Shown here: in pieces, positions 15,449 to 25,660 of the stretch | Numbering within the stretch: the first letter of the stretch is position 1 | How the letters are laid out: each line of letters opens with the position of its first letter | Source: a virus | Lineage: Duplodnaviria; Caudoviricetes | Reading direction: 5' to 3' (one strand) | IMG/VR virus record: IMGVR_UViG_3300027891_000004 | Location: 1-64,000 of that record | DNA: 64,000 nt | Made by a program: the position numbers and the translations under genes | Notes under the pieces: model-generated | The model's input: only the letters and a program-made list of their open reading frames with translations | The model's database searches: none | Told to the model about the DNA's origin: nothing

Positions 15449-17428
15449 CTACGCCTCCTCATAGAAGAAAAGGGTCTCTTCCGTTACGGGGAACCCGGAC
15501 GATATACGCTCGGCCTCCGTTCCCACCCATAGTGTTTTAATCGGGCCAAAATTATAGTGCGTACCCACAACATTGACCGGGTTCATCAGAACCCAATAGG
15601 TTCCGTCGAACATCATCAGCGCACGATGATTCGCTGGCAATTGATGTAGTACCGGCACGTTACCGTTCGGCATCCTAATACCCGCTGCTCCTGTTCCGTT
15701 CACATTCAACGTAGGGGCCGCCGCCGAGTTACCGCTCGTGAATATCACCGAGATCGTACTGCCCGTTACACGATTGAACTGGGCATTGGCAGTGCCGATA
15801 GTTACTGACTTGCCCGCAGTGGCCGCCGCATCGCTGCACGTTACAACAGGGGGCGTAAATGTACTTGCCGCCGGGTTTATCATTATCCATTGCGTACCGT
15901 CGAAATACAAACGTGCCACATGCCCGGCAGGGATATGGGCCAAAACAGGTGCGGTTACCTTATCCTCCAAACGGATCGCCGCCGCGCCCGTAGACGAGAT
16001 ATTCAACGTAGGGGCCGTGGCCGAGTTACCATTCGTGAACTTGATATCAACGAGCTGCCCGGTAACACGTGTGAATCCGGCAATCGTAACCACCTTATTG
16101 GCGGTAGCTGCCGCGTCTCCACACACGACAAACGTTTTGTCCAATTCTGTCCGGACCGCTTTCTCTGTCGCCCAATTCGTATCTGTCGCTGTTCCTGCCG
16201 TCCGTATAGTGGTAGCGGCATCTGCAACTTTAACAACACCGCTTAGGTCAACACTGCCGCCACCTTCAAATTCAGCCAGCAGATCATTGACGGCCTTGAC
16301 CGACGGGACATCCTTATCCGCAGCAGGAACGCCCGGTATAGACGGTGTTCCTCCTACGGTTACAATCGTCTGGGTGCTCATCCCCCAGAATGTAAAATCA
16401 CTAAGCTGATCCCCCGCCTGCAACGTAACATCAAGAACCCAGTTATTGGCAACAGGAGCACTTGGGTTACCTTGCGCATACCATGTCCAGGTTCTACCAA
16501 ACGGAGTGGGAGCATATGCCTCAATGATTGAATTTGGATTTTCATGTGCATCCTCACCGGACGCTACTAACCCGCTACCCGGATTAGACGCCCAGGCTAC
16601 TAATGTATTACTCCATAGAGACTGATTTCCGTATATCCTCAGAATACGTGTACCGGGTGTGCCTGGTATCTCCGGCGTACCAAATGAATCGACGACCTTA
16701 CGGGTGCTATCGACAGGAGCACCTGCCGAACCAATCGCAACAAGATTACCGAGCGTTCCCGATATTGAGCCCCCGGCACTACCGACGCTATTAGCCACCT
16801 GCCTGATCTTACTCCAGATCGTTTGCAGCATATTGGGTATAGAATCCGCACTAACCGCCGGGGTCGTTTTATCCGTCCCGACCCCCGTCTCGGCAGACAA
16901 CGAAACGTTAGGCAGCCGGGCCACGTTAAACGTACCGGTGGTCGTCTTTGCCGCATCCAGATTTGGTATTCTTGCGTCGGCCAGCGTACCGGTTGTTATC
17001 TTCCCCGCATCAAGATTCGGTATTCGGTCCGTATGCAGCGTACCTGCGATTACATCGCCCGCGTTATGCGTATGTGCGTTCGGCGGGAAATCCGTCGGCA
17101 CATTGGTGATCTGACTCCAATCGATACTGCCGCTACTGCCGCCGCCGATTGTCTTCCACGCGCCGGAAACAACGATCTTAAACAAAGGCGGATCAACGGT
17201 CATATCCAGATACACAGTATCTGCTTCGGCTGACCCGGCAGCCAACGCCGACGTGAGCACTCGCACATCGCCGAACAGCGTAAACGCATTATTCGCGGTC
17301 GCCAGCCGAACCTTCCGGCCCGTGATATAAAATGTGCCCGCCACAAACGCGCTCGATCCCTGAAGGGTACTAAATTCCCCGTCCGTTACCAAACAAACGC
17401 CTACTGCAGTACCTGTTGTAATAGCCAT
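15449..17428 (-). CDS. Tail or head fibre protein
   Basis: DFPPNAHTH, repeated RIPNLDA.K.TTGT, two CxDAAATA.K.VTI...TG..I...FT.GNSA.APTLN domains, C-terminal LWVGTEAE...TLFF. Confidence 0.8.
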   Translation of the reverse strand: MAITTGTAVGVCLVTDGEFSTLQGSSAFVAGTFYITGRKVRLATANNAFTLFGDVRVLTSALAAGSAEADTVYLDMTVDPPLFKIVVSGAWKTIGGGSSGSIDWSQITNVPTDFPPNAHTHNAGDVIAGTLHTDRIPNLDAGKITTGTLADARIPNLDAAKTTTGTFNVARLPNVSLSAETGVGTDKTTPAVSADSIPNMLQTIWSKIRQVANSVGSAGGSISGTLGNLVAIGSAGAPVDSTRKVVDSFGTPEIPGTPGTRILRIYGNQSLWSNTLVAWASNPGSGLVASGEDAHENPNSIIEAYAPTPFGRTWTWYAQGNPSAPVANNWVLDVTLQAGDQLSDFTFWGMSTQTIVTVGGTPSIPGVPAADKDVPSVKAVNDLLAEFEGGGSVDLSGVVKVADAATTIRTAGTATDTNWATEKAVRTELDKTFVVCGDAAATANKVVTIAGFTRVTGQLVDIKFTNGNSATAPTLNISSTGAAAIRLEDKVTAPVLAHIPAGHVARLYFDGTQWIMINPAASTFTPPVVTCSDAAATAGKSVTIGTANAQFNRVTGSTISVIFTSGNSAAAPTLNVNGTGAAGIRMPNGNVPVLHQLPANHRALMMFDGTYWVLMNPVNVVGTHYNFGPIKTLWVGTEAERISSGFPVTEETLFFYEEA

Positions 17429-17440
17429 CGATGCTCCTCA

Positions 17441-17647
17441 TTATTGTTGGTTTTGGTTTCCGACCTTCCAGGTCAGTTTGGCCGTGTCCGCCGCATTCGC
17501 CGCCTGCGTCGCTGTATTCTGCGCCTGCTGCACTGCGGGTAGCACGTCCTCTTCAATCACGGACGTTACAACGCCCTCGATAAATTCTTTGGGCAGTATT
17601 ACATCAGGTATTTCGCCGTTTACTAATCTTGGTACTGTTACTGACAT
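17441..17647 (-). CDS. Small fibre-associated protein
   Basis: VPRL..G.IP...LP, AQ.A...A coiled coil, C-terminal LTWKV. Confidence 0.7.
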   Translation of the reverse strand: MSVTVPRLVNGEIPDVILPKEFIEGVVTSVIEEDVLPAVQQAQNTATQAANAADTAKLTWKVGNQNQQ

Positions 17648-17648
17648 C

Positions 17649-18131
17649 TTAGATACCCACCTTCCATTTCAGACCGCCCTTTAGGCTGTCCAGCCATTCT
17701 TGTTCCGTCCCGACAAACCCGTTCTTCACGGCAACCTCATAGGCGGACAGCCCCTCCGCCGCGAGCTGCAACGTGCCGACGATATACTGCACCTCGACAG
17801 TGCTACCGACGGCCAGCGTGCCTGATACCGTTATATCCTTATCGCTCAGCGTCCATTCGCCGAACGTCAGTGTTGCGGCATCCACCACGAACACGTGCAT
17901 GACAAACACCGGCTCGTATCGAAGCGCAAATGTATTACTCCCCGTATACGAAAACGTCTCCCGCACAAATGCGACATCGCTCTCACCGCCTATTTCAATC
18001 CGGCTCCCTTCCGACGTATCGTAGGCAATCTTCTTTTTATCCCGCACAACGATCAGATTACCGGGGCTGATCGGCACACCACCCAGCTTCGATTCGACCG
18101 TCTCGATACTATTGAAATAAACGTCTGCCAT
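17649..18131 (-). CDS. Fibre adaptor protein
   Basis: GLSAYEVAVKNGFVGTEQEWLDSLKG, a common phage fibre/collagen-associated motif; C-terminal LKWKV. Confidence 0.8.
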   Translation of the reverse strand: MADVYFNSIETVESKLGGVPISPGNLIVVRDKKKIAYDTSEGSRIEIGGESDVAFVRETFSYTGSNTFALRYEPVFVMHVFVVDAATLTFGEWTLSDKDITVSGTLAVGSTVEVQYIVGTLQLAAEGLSAYEVAVKNGFVGTEQEWLDSLKGGLKWKVGI

Positions 18132-18355
18132 GTTTTCAAATTAAATGGAAATTTTCCAGCCGACCGACGACCGTTTCGGCAAGCCTCACGTTCAAAGGAA
18201 CAACTGGAAAATTTCTTTTCCCACAAAAAAAGAGATACGCCTGTTTCACAGCAACGCGCTATAAAGCCTTAGCAAAAGTGCATCGCCTTTTAGGGAACAC
18301 ACTCTACAAAAAGAGGGTGTTCTGTTTTGAGCTTACCTCTACAGGGGAAAAAATC

Positions 18356-19576
18356 CTAACGTTCCAACAAATCAGTTACCCACACCGCCATCCCGTTCTT
18401 CGTCTTGTACCGGTGCGAGGTCAAAGTAACCGAACTTAAAATCCCATGTGTGTATTGTCCCTGCCGGTAGGTCGGCTGCCCTATTATGCCGACCGGGGCG
18501 ATATATTCGCTGACCGCAAATTTGATATACGATTTCGGGCTAAGCCAAATATTACCGGGCCGTGTTTCGCCCTCCGAACGCGGGCTACGGTGCAGCGGAT
18601 CCATAAGCTGGTCTGGCGGCAGCTCCTGGGACCGTATCAGCGGCACCTTATACAGCCGGGCGTAGGCCAGCGAGCCTGCCGTAGAGGAATCAACCCTTAC
18701 CTGATCGCTTACCTTCACCTGGGCCGTCATAACCGCAGAGCCGCCTGCGGCATACGTACATCTCTGGACCGGGACATTATTCACGTACAGCGTATGGGTC
18801 GAACCGCTCGCATGTTGCACCTCGACCGTAACCATACAATCCTCCACTGCGTACCAGGTCATATTTGTCGGTGTGAACGCACTGTACTGTATCCGGCCCG
18901 CGTAATTCGGTGATAAATGGGCACCCCGCATCCTCCGACCTGATCTCCGTCTTGTATGGACAATCAACTGCTTCATCAAATAATCCGCCGGGATAACAAT
19001 CTGTTTGATACCCGGAGCCAGCCGGATAATCCCGTCCCGGTAGAACTTGTTACCGGAACCATCTGTAAAAATGGGGATCATCGGTATCAGCCCGCCGTAA
19101 CCGTTCGCAGACTGGATATTTTTCGAGATATTAACCTGCGACCATCCTTTTTTCTTCTGCCTTCCTCTCGGCCAGGATCGGAACAAAAGCTGGTTACCCG
19201 TCGGCCCGCTCGTCTCACATTGGTTCCTCGGCAGCCTGTTATACACAAACGGCTGCAGGAAACAGTTTTGTCCAATCGGCTTATCGAAATCAATAATAAG
19301 CGGCCGTACCGAAGACTGGCCCCATTCAAGTGTCGCATAAAACGGCTGTCGGCATTGGACGCCAGATGGCACGCCGTAATACTGCTTCCCGTTAAATTTG
19401 ATCGTTGTAACAATCGGAAGATCAGACATCCGTGTCCGATGATTCCGTGATGTATCATGGAGTATCTCTTTGGTATCCCGCGTGAGTATAAGCTGCCCCT
19501 TAACCATCGGAATCGATGGTACAAGAGCATTTTCACCCTCGATGACACTGAAGAGTTCTTTACTATACGTTGCCAT
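18356..19576 (-). CDS. Fibre-associated protein
   Basis: N-terminal GQLILTRDTKEILHDTS is similar to GNLIVVRDKKKIAYDTS of 17649..18131; Arg/Lys-rich inserts. Confidence 0.7.
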   Translation of the reverse strand: MATYSKELFSVIEGENALVPSIPMVKGQLILTRDTKEILHDTSRNHRTRMSDLPIVTTIKFNGKQYYGVPSGVQCRQPFYATLEWGQSSVRPLIIDFDKPIGQNCFLQPFVYNRLPRNQCETSGPTGNQLLFRSWPRGRQKKKGWSQVNISKNIQSANGYGGLIPMIPIFTDGSGNKFYRDGIIRLAPGIKQIVIPADYLMKQLIVHTRRRSGRRMRGAHLSPNYAGRIQYSAFTPTNMTWYAVEDCMVTVEVQHASGSTHTLYVNNVPVQRCTYAAGGSAVMTAQVKVSDQVRVDSSTAGSLAYARLYKVPLIRSQELPPDQLMDPLHRSPRSEGETRPGNIWLSPKSYIKFAVSEYIAPVGIIGQPTYRQGQYTHGILSSVTLTSHRYKTKNGMAVWVTDLLER

Positions 19577-19642
19577 GTTTTTACATGTGTGGGGGGTGCA
19601 GACTTCGGAGCCATCCTAGCCCCGAAGCCCACAAGTTACAAA

Positions 19643-20668
19643 CTACGGATTGATCACGGTCCAGCGGACGCGGGCCGATTCAATCGCTCGTTCAACATAC
19701 GCCGTGGTCGCCGGAGCAACCGAGTTGTCTCCTTCGGCAGCCGTGGAGAACGCAAGCGCGATACTCACGTTGGCCGACCCGTCAAACGAGGCCGCCGTAC
19801 CAGACAGGCCGGTACCGGTAACGTTAATGGTACGCGCGGTGTACAACGTAGAAGCCGTAGAAGCGTTACCAAGAATCGTCTGAGAAAACGTCTTCTGGCC
19901 GGTAATCGTTTGGGCACCGGAGATCGTAACCAGATTGGTCAGATCAACAAGCGAACCGGATTTCTCAAATGTCGTGCCGTTGAAAATCCAGAATTCGCCG
20001 GTGTCCAGAAGCTGGTACACGTCGCCAAGAGTCGGCGTACCGGATTCAATTACGTCAAGCGCATTCTTGTCGGCAATAACGCCTTTGAACCGCATCACGG
20101 CGGTCAGCTTGCTGTCCACTTCCAGTTTCGTGTAGATATCGGCAACGTTGGCCTTGAGGAGCAGACCGGCATCGACATACTTGGTATTGGCCAATGCGCC
20201 GCTGTTATTGTTCGCCGCAAGATCGCCGGTAGTAACACCAACGGCAATCACTCCGCTCAAACCGGTAGCATCCAAAGCGGTAACATTGATCGTAACGTTG
20301 GCCGTACCGTCGAATGCGACGGCACCGGCGGTCGTTACCTTACCGGAAAGATCGAAATTCCGTGCATTGGTGAGTTTAAGTGCTTCGTCGGCAGGTCCGC
20401 TCAGACCACCGATCTGCTGCCACGCGGAGCCGGTCCACCGGTGCAAAGACGCGGTCGTCGTATTCACGTAGTAACGATCCGTAAGCCCGGATGCGGGCAA
20501 CGAGGCGACGTTTTCGACCTGGCCCAAAAGCTGCTGGGTCGAGTCCGTCGGGGCGTAATACAATCCGTTACGCCAAATAGTAAAAGTTCCTTCCGGTTGC
20601 GCCACATTGGTAGTACCAGTATTAAGCACAATATCGAGAGGGGTCACGCCGTCAGTAATAGCTGCCAT
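19643..20668 (-). CDS. Tail fibre protein
   Basis: A.KL.NAR...LSG.V.....FDGTANV.I repeats, YTK.EVD.KL, GAQTITGQKTFS, ATTAYV; C-terminal VRWTV. Confidence 0.85.
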   Translation of the reverse strand: MAAITDGVTPLDIVLNTGTTNVAQPEGTFTIWRNGLYYAPTDSTQQLLGQVENVASLPASGLTDRYYVNTTTASLHRWTGSAWQQIGGLSGPADEALKLTNARNFDLSGKVTTAGAVAFDGTANVTINVTALDATGLSGVIAVGVTTGDLAANNNSGALANTKYVDAGLLLKANVADIYTKLEVDSKLTAVMRFKGVIADKNALDVIESGTPTLGDVYQLLDTGEFWIFNGTTFEKSGSLVDLTNLVTISGAQTITGQKTFSQTILGNASTASTLYTARTINVTGTGLSGTAASFDGSANVSIALAFSTAAEGDNSVAPATTAYVERAIESARVRWTVINP

Positions 20669-20705
20669 GAGTTATTTCTCCTTAGAGTAGTAGAAAAAGT
20701 GGTGG

Positions 20706-21026
20706 TCAATCTTCCAAAACCGTCCATCGCAAGCCACCACCCTCGGCTATGCTGTAGACAACTGCGATCTCGTCCATTGAAGACAATGGCACGTTTACGG
20801 TAAGTATGTTCCCGGATACGGCGTAGTCCGTTGCTTTGCTATCCGTCTTACCATTGACAGAAACAAGCACCACACGGACAGGGATATGCTCCAAAGTAAA
20901 GCTGGGATTGCCGCTATAGACGAAATACTCCTTACGAAGCTCCATGTTCGGATCGCCGCCACCCGCACCGCCCAACGGAGCCGCAAGCAGCCCGTCCGGT
21001 TTTTTTGTAACAAGAACAATACTCAT
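20706..21026 (-). CDS. Small virion structural protein
   Basis: F..SG...FTL...P......VNG......DY.VSG..LT...L...D.I.V.Y beta domain, also in 17649..18131; C-terminal LRWTV. Confidence 0.75.
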   Translation of the reverse strand: MSIVLVTKKPDGLLAAPLGGAGGGDPNMELRKEYFVYSGNPSFTLEHIPVRVVLVSVNGKTDSKATDYAVSGNILTVNVPLSSMDEIAVVYSIAEGGGLRWTVLED

Positions 21027-21038
21027 CGATTTCTCCTA

Positions 21039-22037
21039 TCAAGTGAAGAAAATACACGGGAAAAACAAGCCTGCATTCGGGAAACCACTACTTGCGTCCA
21101 GCGGTATGGATGCCAGCCCGGATGCAGAAGTGATGACCGGACCATTTAGCCCCAAACCCAAATTATTCGCACAGGTGCCTACCACGGGAGTCGCCATAGT
21201 GCCGAGAAACAATATCGCCGCCCAATAAATCGTATTCGGCTGCAAAGTGAACGGCGCACTAAATGCGGTAGCATTAAAAGGAGCACTGGCAGCCAGATAA
21301 TTAGCACCAGTACCAGAGACGTAAGCGTGTCGCGTCGTGCGGTTCTCACTAAAAATCGCCGCCTGAAAGCCCGTGTGTGTTGCCGTAGTCGTGTTTTTTA
21401 GCCAGATGTTAGAAACAGTACCGCCAGCACCGCTGTTAAACTTTACGAGGTAAACCATTCCGGGGCTACAAGAACAGGCCACTGACCCCAAATACGGTGG
21501 CACAGTCCACGCCACAATATCCGACCGTACCTCTTTCGGCAACAGTTCATGGCGTGGCGGCAATTCACTCCAGGCCGCGTTTTTACGACCGTAGAGCTTC
21601 CCGTTATTAGGCGCCTCTTCAATAGGCGAAACAACTTCTTCCCAATCCGCATCTTTGCGGCCATAGAGCTTCCCGTCCTCAGGAGCCTCTTCAATACCTG
21701 TGCCGCCTTCTCCGCCCCCTTCTCCACCCTCCAGGATATACACATCCTCGAGAAATTCACCGGTCGGCTGGCCGGACGCATCCAGCTTCTCCACTTTGCC
21801 GATCCGGGTCGTCTCGTTCAGTTCAACAACCTTACCGATAACCGTCTCCGACCCGCTGACCGGTACGTAATCAGTACCATCCCAAACGACCGCGGAACCA
21901 ATGTCGCGGACCCATATCACGAGCCCCTCTTTTTTGAACTCTCGAAGCAGAAGATCGCCCATCGAATCGACGATCATATCCGCGTCGATAAGCACGGGAG
22001 CATTTAACTTAAATCCGGATGCTATTGGAATTGCCAT
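21039..22037 (-). CDS. Head or tail fibre protein
   Basis: Start MAIPIASGFKLNAP; two IEEAP.(D/N)GKLYGRK.A.W fibre repeats. Confidence 0.75.
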   Translation of the reverse strand: MAIPIASGFKLNAPVLIDADMIVDSMGDLLLREFKKEGLVIWVRDIGSAVVWDGTDYVPVSGSETVIGKVVELNETTRIGKVEKLDASGQPTGEFLEDVYILEGGEGGGEGGTGIEEAPEDGKLYGRKDADWEEVVSPIEEAPNNGKLYGRKNAAWSELPPRHELLPKEVRSDIVAWTVPPYLGSVACSCSPGMVYLVKFNSGAGGTVSNIWLKNTTTATHTGFQAAIFSENRTTRHAYVSGTGANYLAASAPFNATAFSAPFTLQPNTIYWAAILFLGTMATPVVGTCANNLGLGLNGPVITSASGLASIPLDASSGFPNAGLFFPCIFFT

Positions 22038-22072
22038 TGGACCGTACCGTAGAAAGAAACAAAAGATCAACA

Positions 22073-22104
22073 GCGTTAGCCCATAATTGACTATGAGCTA
22101 ACGC
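22073..22104 (-). terminator. Hairpin between structural genes
   Basis: Minus-strand GCGUUAGCUCAUAG-UCAA-UUAUGGGCUAACGC, 14 bp including G-U pairs. Confidence 0.55.
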
Positions 22105-22123
22105 ACCTAATCGCATCCGTCAA

Positions 22124-23275
22124 CTAGAAATAAAAGGTGACGGTGAAATTGCTCTGCGTGGTCGGATTATTCAAAATCCACACACGCCCGGCAACGGTTT
22201 CACCAGCCGCGTTGACAATACTGAGCGGTGTACTCGTAAAGCTCGTGGTCATGTTGAAACTGTTCGGGTCCATGATCCGGGAAATTGCGTTCCAGGTATT
22301 AGGAACCCAGATGGCAAATTTCTCGTTGGTTAGCGTGTAGGCCAGCGATTGTGTTACATTCGGCAATGCGATCCGTTTTGTCATCCCGGTAACGTCCGTA
22401 TCAGTTACAGTACTCGGTGTAACCGTAGCCGGGACAGAGCCAATAAACATCGGATTGACAAACTGGAACTTACCGGATTTCGTTGTAACCAACGAATTGG
22501 TATCCGTGACTTCGACACCGTAAGTCATATCCGTTTTACCATCCAAAGACAGGCCCGTATGCTGTACCGTTTCACCGGCAGGGACCGTTACCGTCGCCAG
22601 GCCAAGCGAAGTCGCCCCTTCAAAGAATTCGACCTTACTGATCGGATACTTGGTCTTAACAAACGCGGCAGACAGGTCGATACTGGAAATCGCCACACCA
22701 CGTTCACGGACACCAAACGCAGGCAACGCGGAGAACGTAACCGTCGGCGGCACGTCCGGGTTGACCTGCATGTCCATCATCTCAGAGAACGTGAGATTTT
22801 CCAGCTTCGTCCCAGCCGGGATGTTGGAAAACGGAAGCAACGTTGCGTCGATAGAATAGGTGTCCGCAGAGGACGAATCCCATTTATCCAGATCGTCTTC
22901 AAGCGTAGCCGGAGACGGCGAAGAGGTGTGCGTGGTATTCACACGCCACAGGGTCCCGTTCCACCAAACTATCTGACCTTCGTAATACTCCGTATCATTC
23001 TCCCATATCGAGAGAATCGGGGGCGGTGCAGTGATGTCGATCTCCCAATCCGCGTCAGTAACTCCGGATTTCAACCGATACGTCTGTTTCTCGTCAATCA
23101 CATAAACGGCACGTCCGATGAACCGCAGGTAGCTTGCAAAGATACCGGGAGCAGTAGGATGGTCAGGCAGGTTCAAATCCTGCCGGGTATTAACAAACCC
23201 GTAAGGATCGAGCGGTGTAGGCGAATTATTGGAAAAACCAGCCGCGATATTGATTCCTTGAAATGGAAAAGGCAT
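22124..23275 (-). CDS. Virion decoration protein with carbohydrate-binding-like and Ig-like domains
   Basis: N-terminal GF.NNSP.PLD; W...TEY.EG.IV.WNG.LW.....HTS resembles CBM5/12; paralogous to 23287..24273. Confidence 0.7.
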   Translation of the reverse strand: MPFPFQGINIAAGFSNNSPTPLDPYGFVNTRQDLNLPDHPTAPGIFASYLRFIGRAVYVIDEKQTYRLKSGVTDADWEIDITAPPPILSIWENDTEYYEGQIVWWNGTLWRVNTTHTSSPSPATLEDDLDKWDSSSADTYSIDATLLPFSNIPAGTKLENLTFSEMMDMQVNPDVPPTVTFSALPAFGVRERGVAISSIDLSAAFVKTKYPISKVEFFEGATSLGLATVTVPAGETVQHTGLSLDGKTDMTYGVEVTDTNSLVTTKSGKFQFVNPMFIGSVPATVTPSTVTDTDVTGMTKRIALPNVTQSLAYTLTNEKFAIWVPNTWNAISRIMDPNSFNMTTSFTSTPLSIVNAAGETVAGRVWILNNPTTQSNFTVTFYF

Positions 23276-23286
23276 GTTATGCTCCT

Positions 23287-24273
23287 TTATTTAAATTGGA
23301 AAGTTAATTGAAATTCGTCCGACATATTGGCCATCGAATAAACGAATACGTTGTAATCCACGTCATGCAAACCGAGCGTGAACTCCTGCACCGTATGTGT
23401 GAACAGAGCGAGATAGTCGTTCCCGTTATCATCGCGGATCGCAATCGGCATCCCCCATTCAACGGGGAAACATCCGCACATGCGTTTGCCGATATGCGTG
23501 TAGGAATGCGCCACGTTCGATTTATTAACAAGATGTTTGTCCAACGCCTGCAACACGGGCACAGCCGGTGTTGCCGTGTTGACCGAACCGGTATAGGCCG
23601 GACAAACAAACTCAAATTTCTTATAGGCCGCTTGTGTGATGCCTTTGACATCCTCCACAAGGCACCTGTACTCCCGGATACCCTGATCCATACCGACCGA
23701 ATCGGTAATAGAGACAGTTCCGCTGTCCGTAATACTCAGGTCTTCCGTAAGCAGGGTATCAGGCAAACTGATGATATGGACAGACCGAATATCATTCTCG
23801 CCCTTCTCAACTTCGACGGTCAGCGTTACCGAGGAGATTGCTTCACCGACCTCCTTCAAGCCAAACTCATCCGGCTCCGCCGTAAAAGAGACAATCACGG
23901 GCGGGGCTGCCGGGTCAAGCAGCCGCTTCCATACTTCCGTAAGTGGCGTGCCCGCCGCGATACTATCGCCGGTCTTCACGCCACCGGCGTCTACCGTCGC
24001 GGCGATCTTACTGCCGAGCAACGGTTCGCCTCCGTCGGCGACTGGAACAAAATCCTCGTTGGCAATACTGCCGATGAAACGATATGTGCGATTCTCGCTT
24101 TGTATGTACACAGCCATACCGACATGCCGCCTACCGTATGCAAGAAACGGCTTAGCGATTCCGTTCACCATTTCGCCGGTGACCAAGCATCCGTTTACAG
24201 TCGCATAAATAAGCCGATCATCCGCCTCGTCTCTACTGTTTATAGTAAAGCCGGAACTAAGTGGTACGCCCAT
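23287..24273 (-). CDS. Virion decoration protein, Ig-like
   Basis: N-terminal GVPLSSGF..NS; GG.K.GD.I.AGT.L.E....LL.P; F.FV.P.Y.GSV...I.D.N shared with 22124..23275. Confidence 0.7.
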   Translation of the reverse strand: MGVPLSSGFTINSRDEADDRLIYATVNGCLVTGEMVNGIAKPFLAYGRRHVGMAVYIQSENRTYRFIGSIANEDFVPVADGGEPLLGSKIAATVDAGGVKTGDSIAAGTPLTEVWKRLLDPAAPPVIVSFTAEPDEFGLKEVGEAISSVTLTVEVEKGENDIRSVHIISLPDTLLTEDLSITDSGTVSITDSVGMDQGIREYRCLVEDVKGITQAAYKKFEFVCPAYTGSVNTATPAVPVLQALDKHLVNKSNVAHSYTHIGKRMCGCFPVEWGMPIAIRDDNGNDYLALFTHTVQEFTLGLHDVDYNVFVYSMANMSDEFQLTFQFK

Positions 24274-24289
24274 TCCAACGCTCCCTTTA

Positions 24290-25549
24290 TTAAGTGAATT
24301 TAAACTTGACCGGCGTTACGCCCGCTATGTCGTTACTCAACAAACCGTTGTACGTCACGCCGCCAATGACTGCGCTAATGGGCGTCCAAGCAGTATAGGG
24401 AAACGTTCCGGTACCGTCCCAAGCTGTAATTGTGCCCCAGGCAGTTCCTTTGACCAAAATAAAGCCGCGAACGCCGACATTGACCCACGTTGCGAACGGG
24501 ACCGGCGGCGATGGTTGAATCGCGTTCCAATCCGTTACGTTTGCATCTACTGTAAGATCAAGCGTGCGCACGGAACCAGTGATTTCGGTTGTCCCTGTAA
24601 ACGCTACGGCTGCGTCGCCGTCGAACGACGGGAACGTAGGAACCAACGGGGTTGCCGTTGAATCCGGGTACCATATACCCATCCAACCTGTCGGGACCGG
24701 CGGGGGCGGCGTTTTGGTAAACGTGAAACTAACCGGCTTGGTAGTTACGTTTGTTTTGGTAATCGTAACCTGATACGTACCGGCCGTCGTGAGCGGGGCG
24801 GATACTTCAAACGTGAGCGGCCCAGTCTGTGTTACGGACGTGGGGACAATGCCGCCGGAAATACTAATCTCGGAAAGCGCAAGCGGTCCCAAAATAGGGG
24901 CGAGCGGGTTTTCGATGAACGTAATAAGAATCCCGGTCGGGTCGAGCGACGTGGGGATAGGCGTAACGGAAAACTTTGAGATCGGGACGACGGGCGCACT
25001 TTTCTTACGGGACCCGATACGGACCCTGAGCAGGTTGACGATTGCACCGTTCAGGTTCGGGTCACGCTGCGGCATATCCCGCGTAGAGGCGTCCACCAAA
25101 TCGACCATATCCGGGGTACATTCAAAGTTTTCCTGCGCCCAACCGATAAACTTCCCCTCGCCTTCACGCGATACGTAGATACCGTTCGGGGTTTGTGTTG
25201 CGTATACCGGCTGCCCGAATTTATAGGTATCGGGCACGCACCGCAACAGGTAGAGGTCGCCGGAAACGACCCGGCGGCAAAGTATCTGCTCGCCATCGTA
25301 AGAAGCGGCATTGATCCCCTTACCGAGCAACGCATTTTCGAGGATCACTATTGTCTCGAAACCTTCGATATTTGTGGCTTCGGAATGGACGGTGTTGACG
25401 ATGTGTTTCTGCTCGGCGTCGGTCATAGCGACGATAGAACCGGGCAGGCAAAGACCCTGCGGGTTGGACGGCGTAGACGCCTGCAAGACAAACTCTTCGT
25501 AAACGCCCTTGCGTACATTCAATTCGATCCTGTTTGCATCTTTTTGCAT
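24290..25549 (-). CDS. Head decoration/cement-like protein with C-terminal extension; first gene of operon
   Basis: N.IEL...EE...PG.IV...LENAL.GKGI.A...GEQI......GD; AAGGAGG RBS. Confidence 0.6.
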   Translation of the reverse strand: MQKDANRIELNVRKGVYEEFVLQASTPSNPQGLCLPGSIVAMTDAEQKHIVNTVHSEATNIEGFETIVILENALLGKGINAASYDGEQILCRRVVSGDLYLLRCVPDTYKFGQPVYATQTPNGIYVSREGEGKFIGWAQENFECTPDMVDLVDASTRDMPQRDPNLNGAIVNLLRVRIGSRKKSAPVVPISKFSVTPIPTSLDPTGILITFIENPLAPILGPLALSEISISGGIVPTSVTQTGPLTFEVSAPLTTAGTYQVTITKTNVTTKPVSFTFTKTPPPPVPTGWMGIWYPDSTATPLVPTFPSFDGDAAVAFTGTTEITGSVRTLDLTVDANVTDWNAIQPSPPVPFATWVNVGVRGFILVKGTAWGTITAWDGTGTFPYTAWTPISAVIGGVTYNGLLSNDIAGVTPVKFKFT

Positions 25550-25570
25550 GGTATTCCTCCTTCGAGACAG

Positions 25571-25654
25571 TTATAGAGCCGCTCAAAGGATATACCCAAA
25601 TGGCGGTTCTGGAAACGTGATGTTTGCACGGCGAGTTTAGTGAACTCACAAACT
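25571..25654. promoter_or_regulatory. Three-block motif shared with 61291-61383
   Basis: TTATAGAGCCG ... GCGGTTC ... CACGGCGA in the same order, upstream of structural operons. Confidence 0.5.
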
Positions 25655-25660
25655 GGGGCG

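Noticed and set aside
19457-24297. Long plus-strand ORFs (19457..20803, 22349..23311, 23308..24297)
   Set aside because: Antisense shadows of well-supported minus-strand structural genes.
25576-25609. GAGCCG-N22-CGGTTC resembling group II intron domain V
   Set aside because: The interior lacks the GNRA-capped stem and bulge; no other intron domains or maturase; the second copy has a different length.
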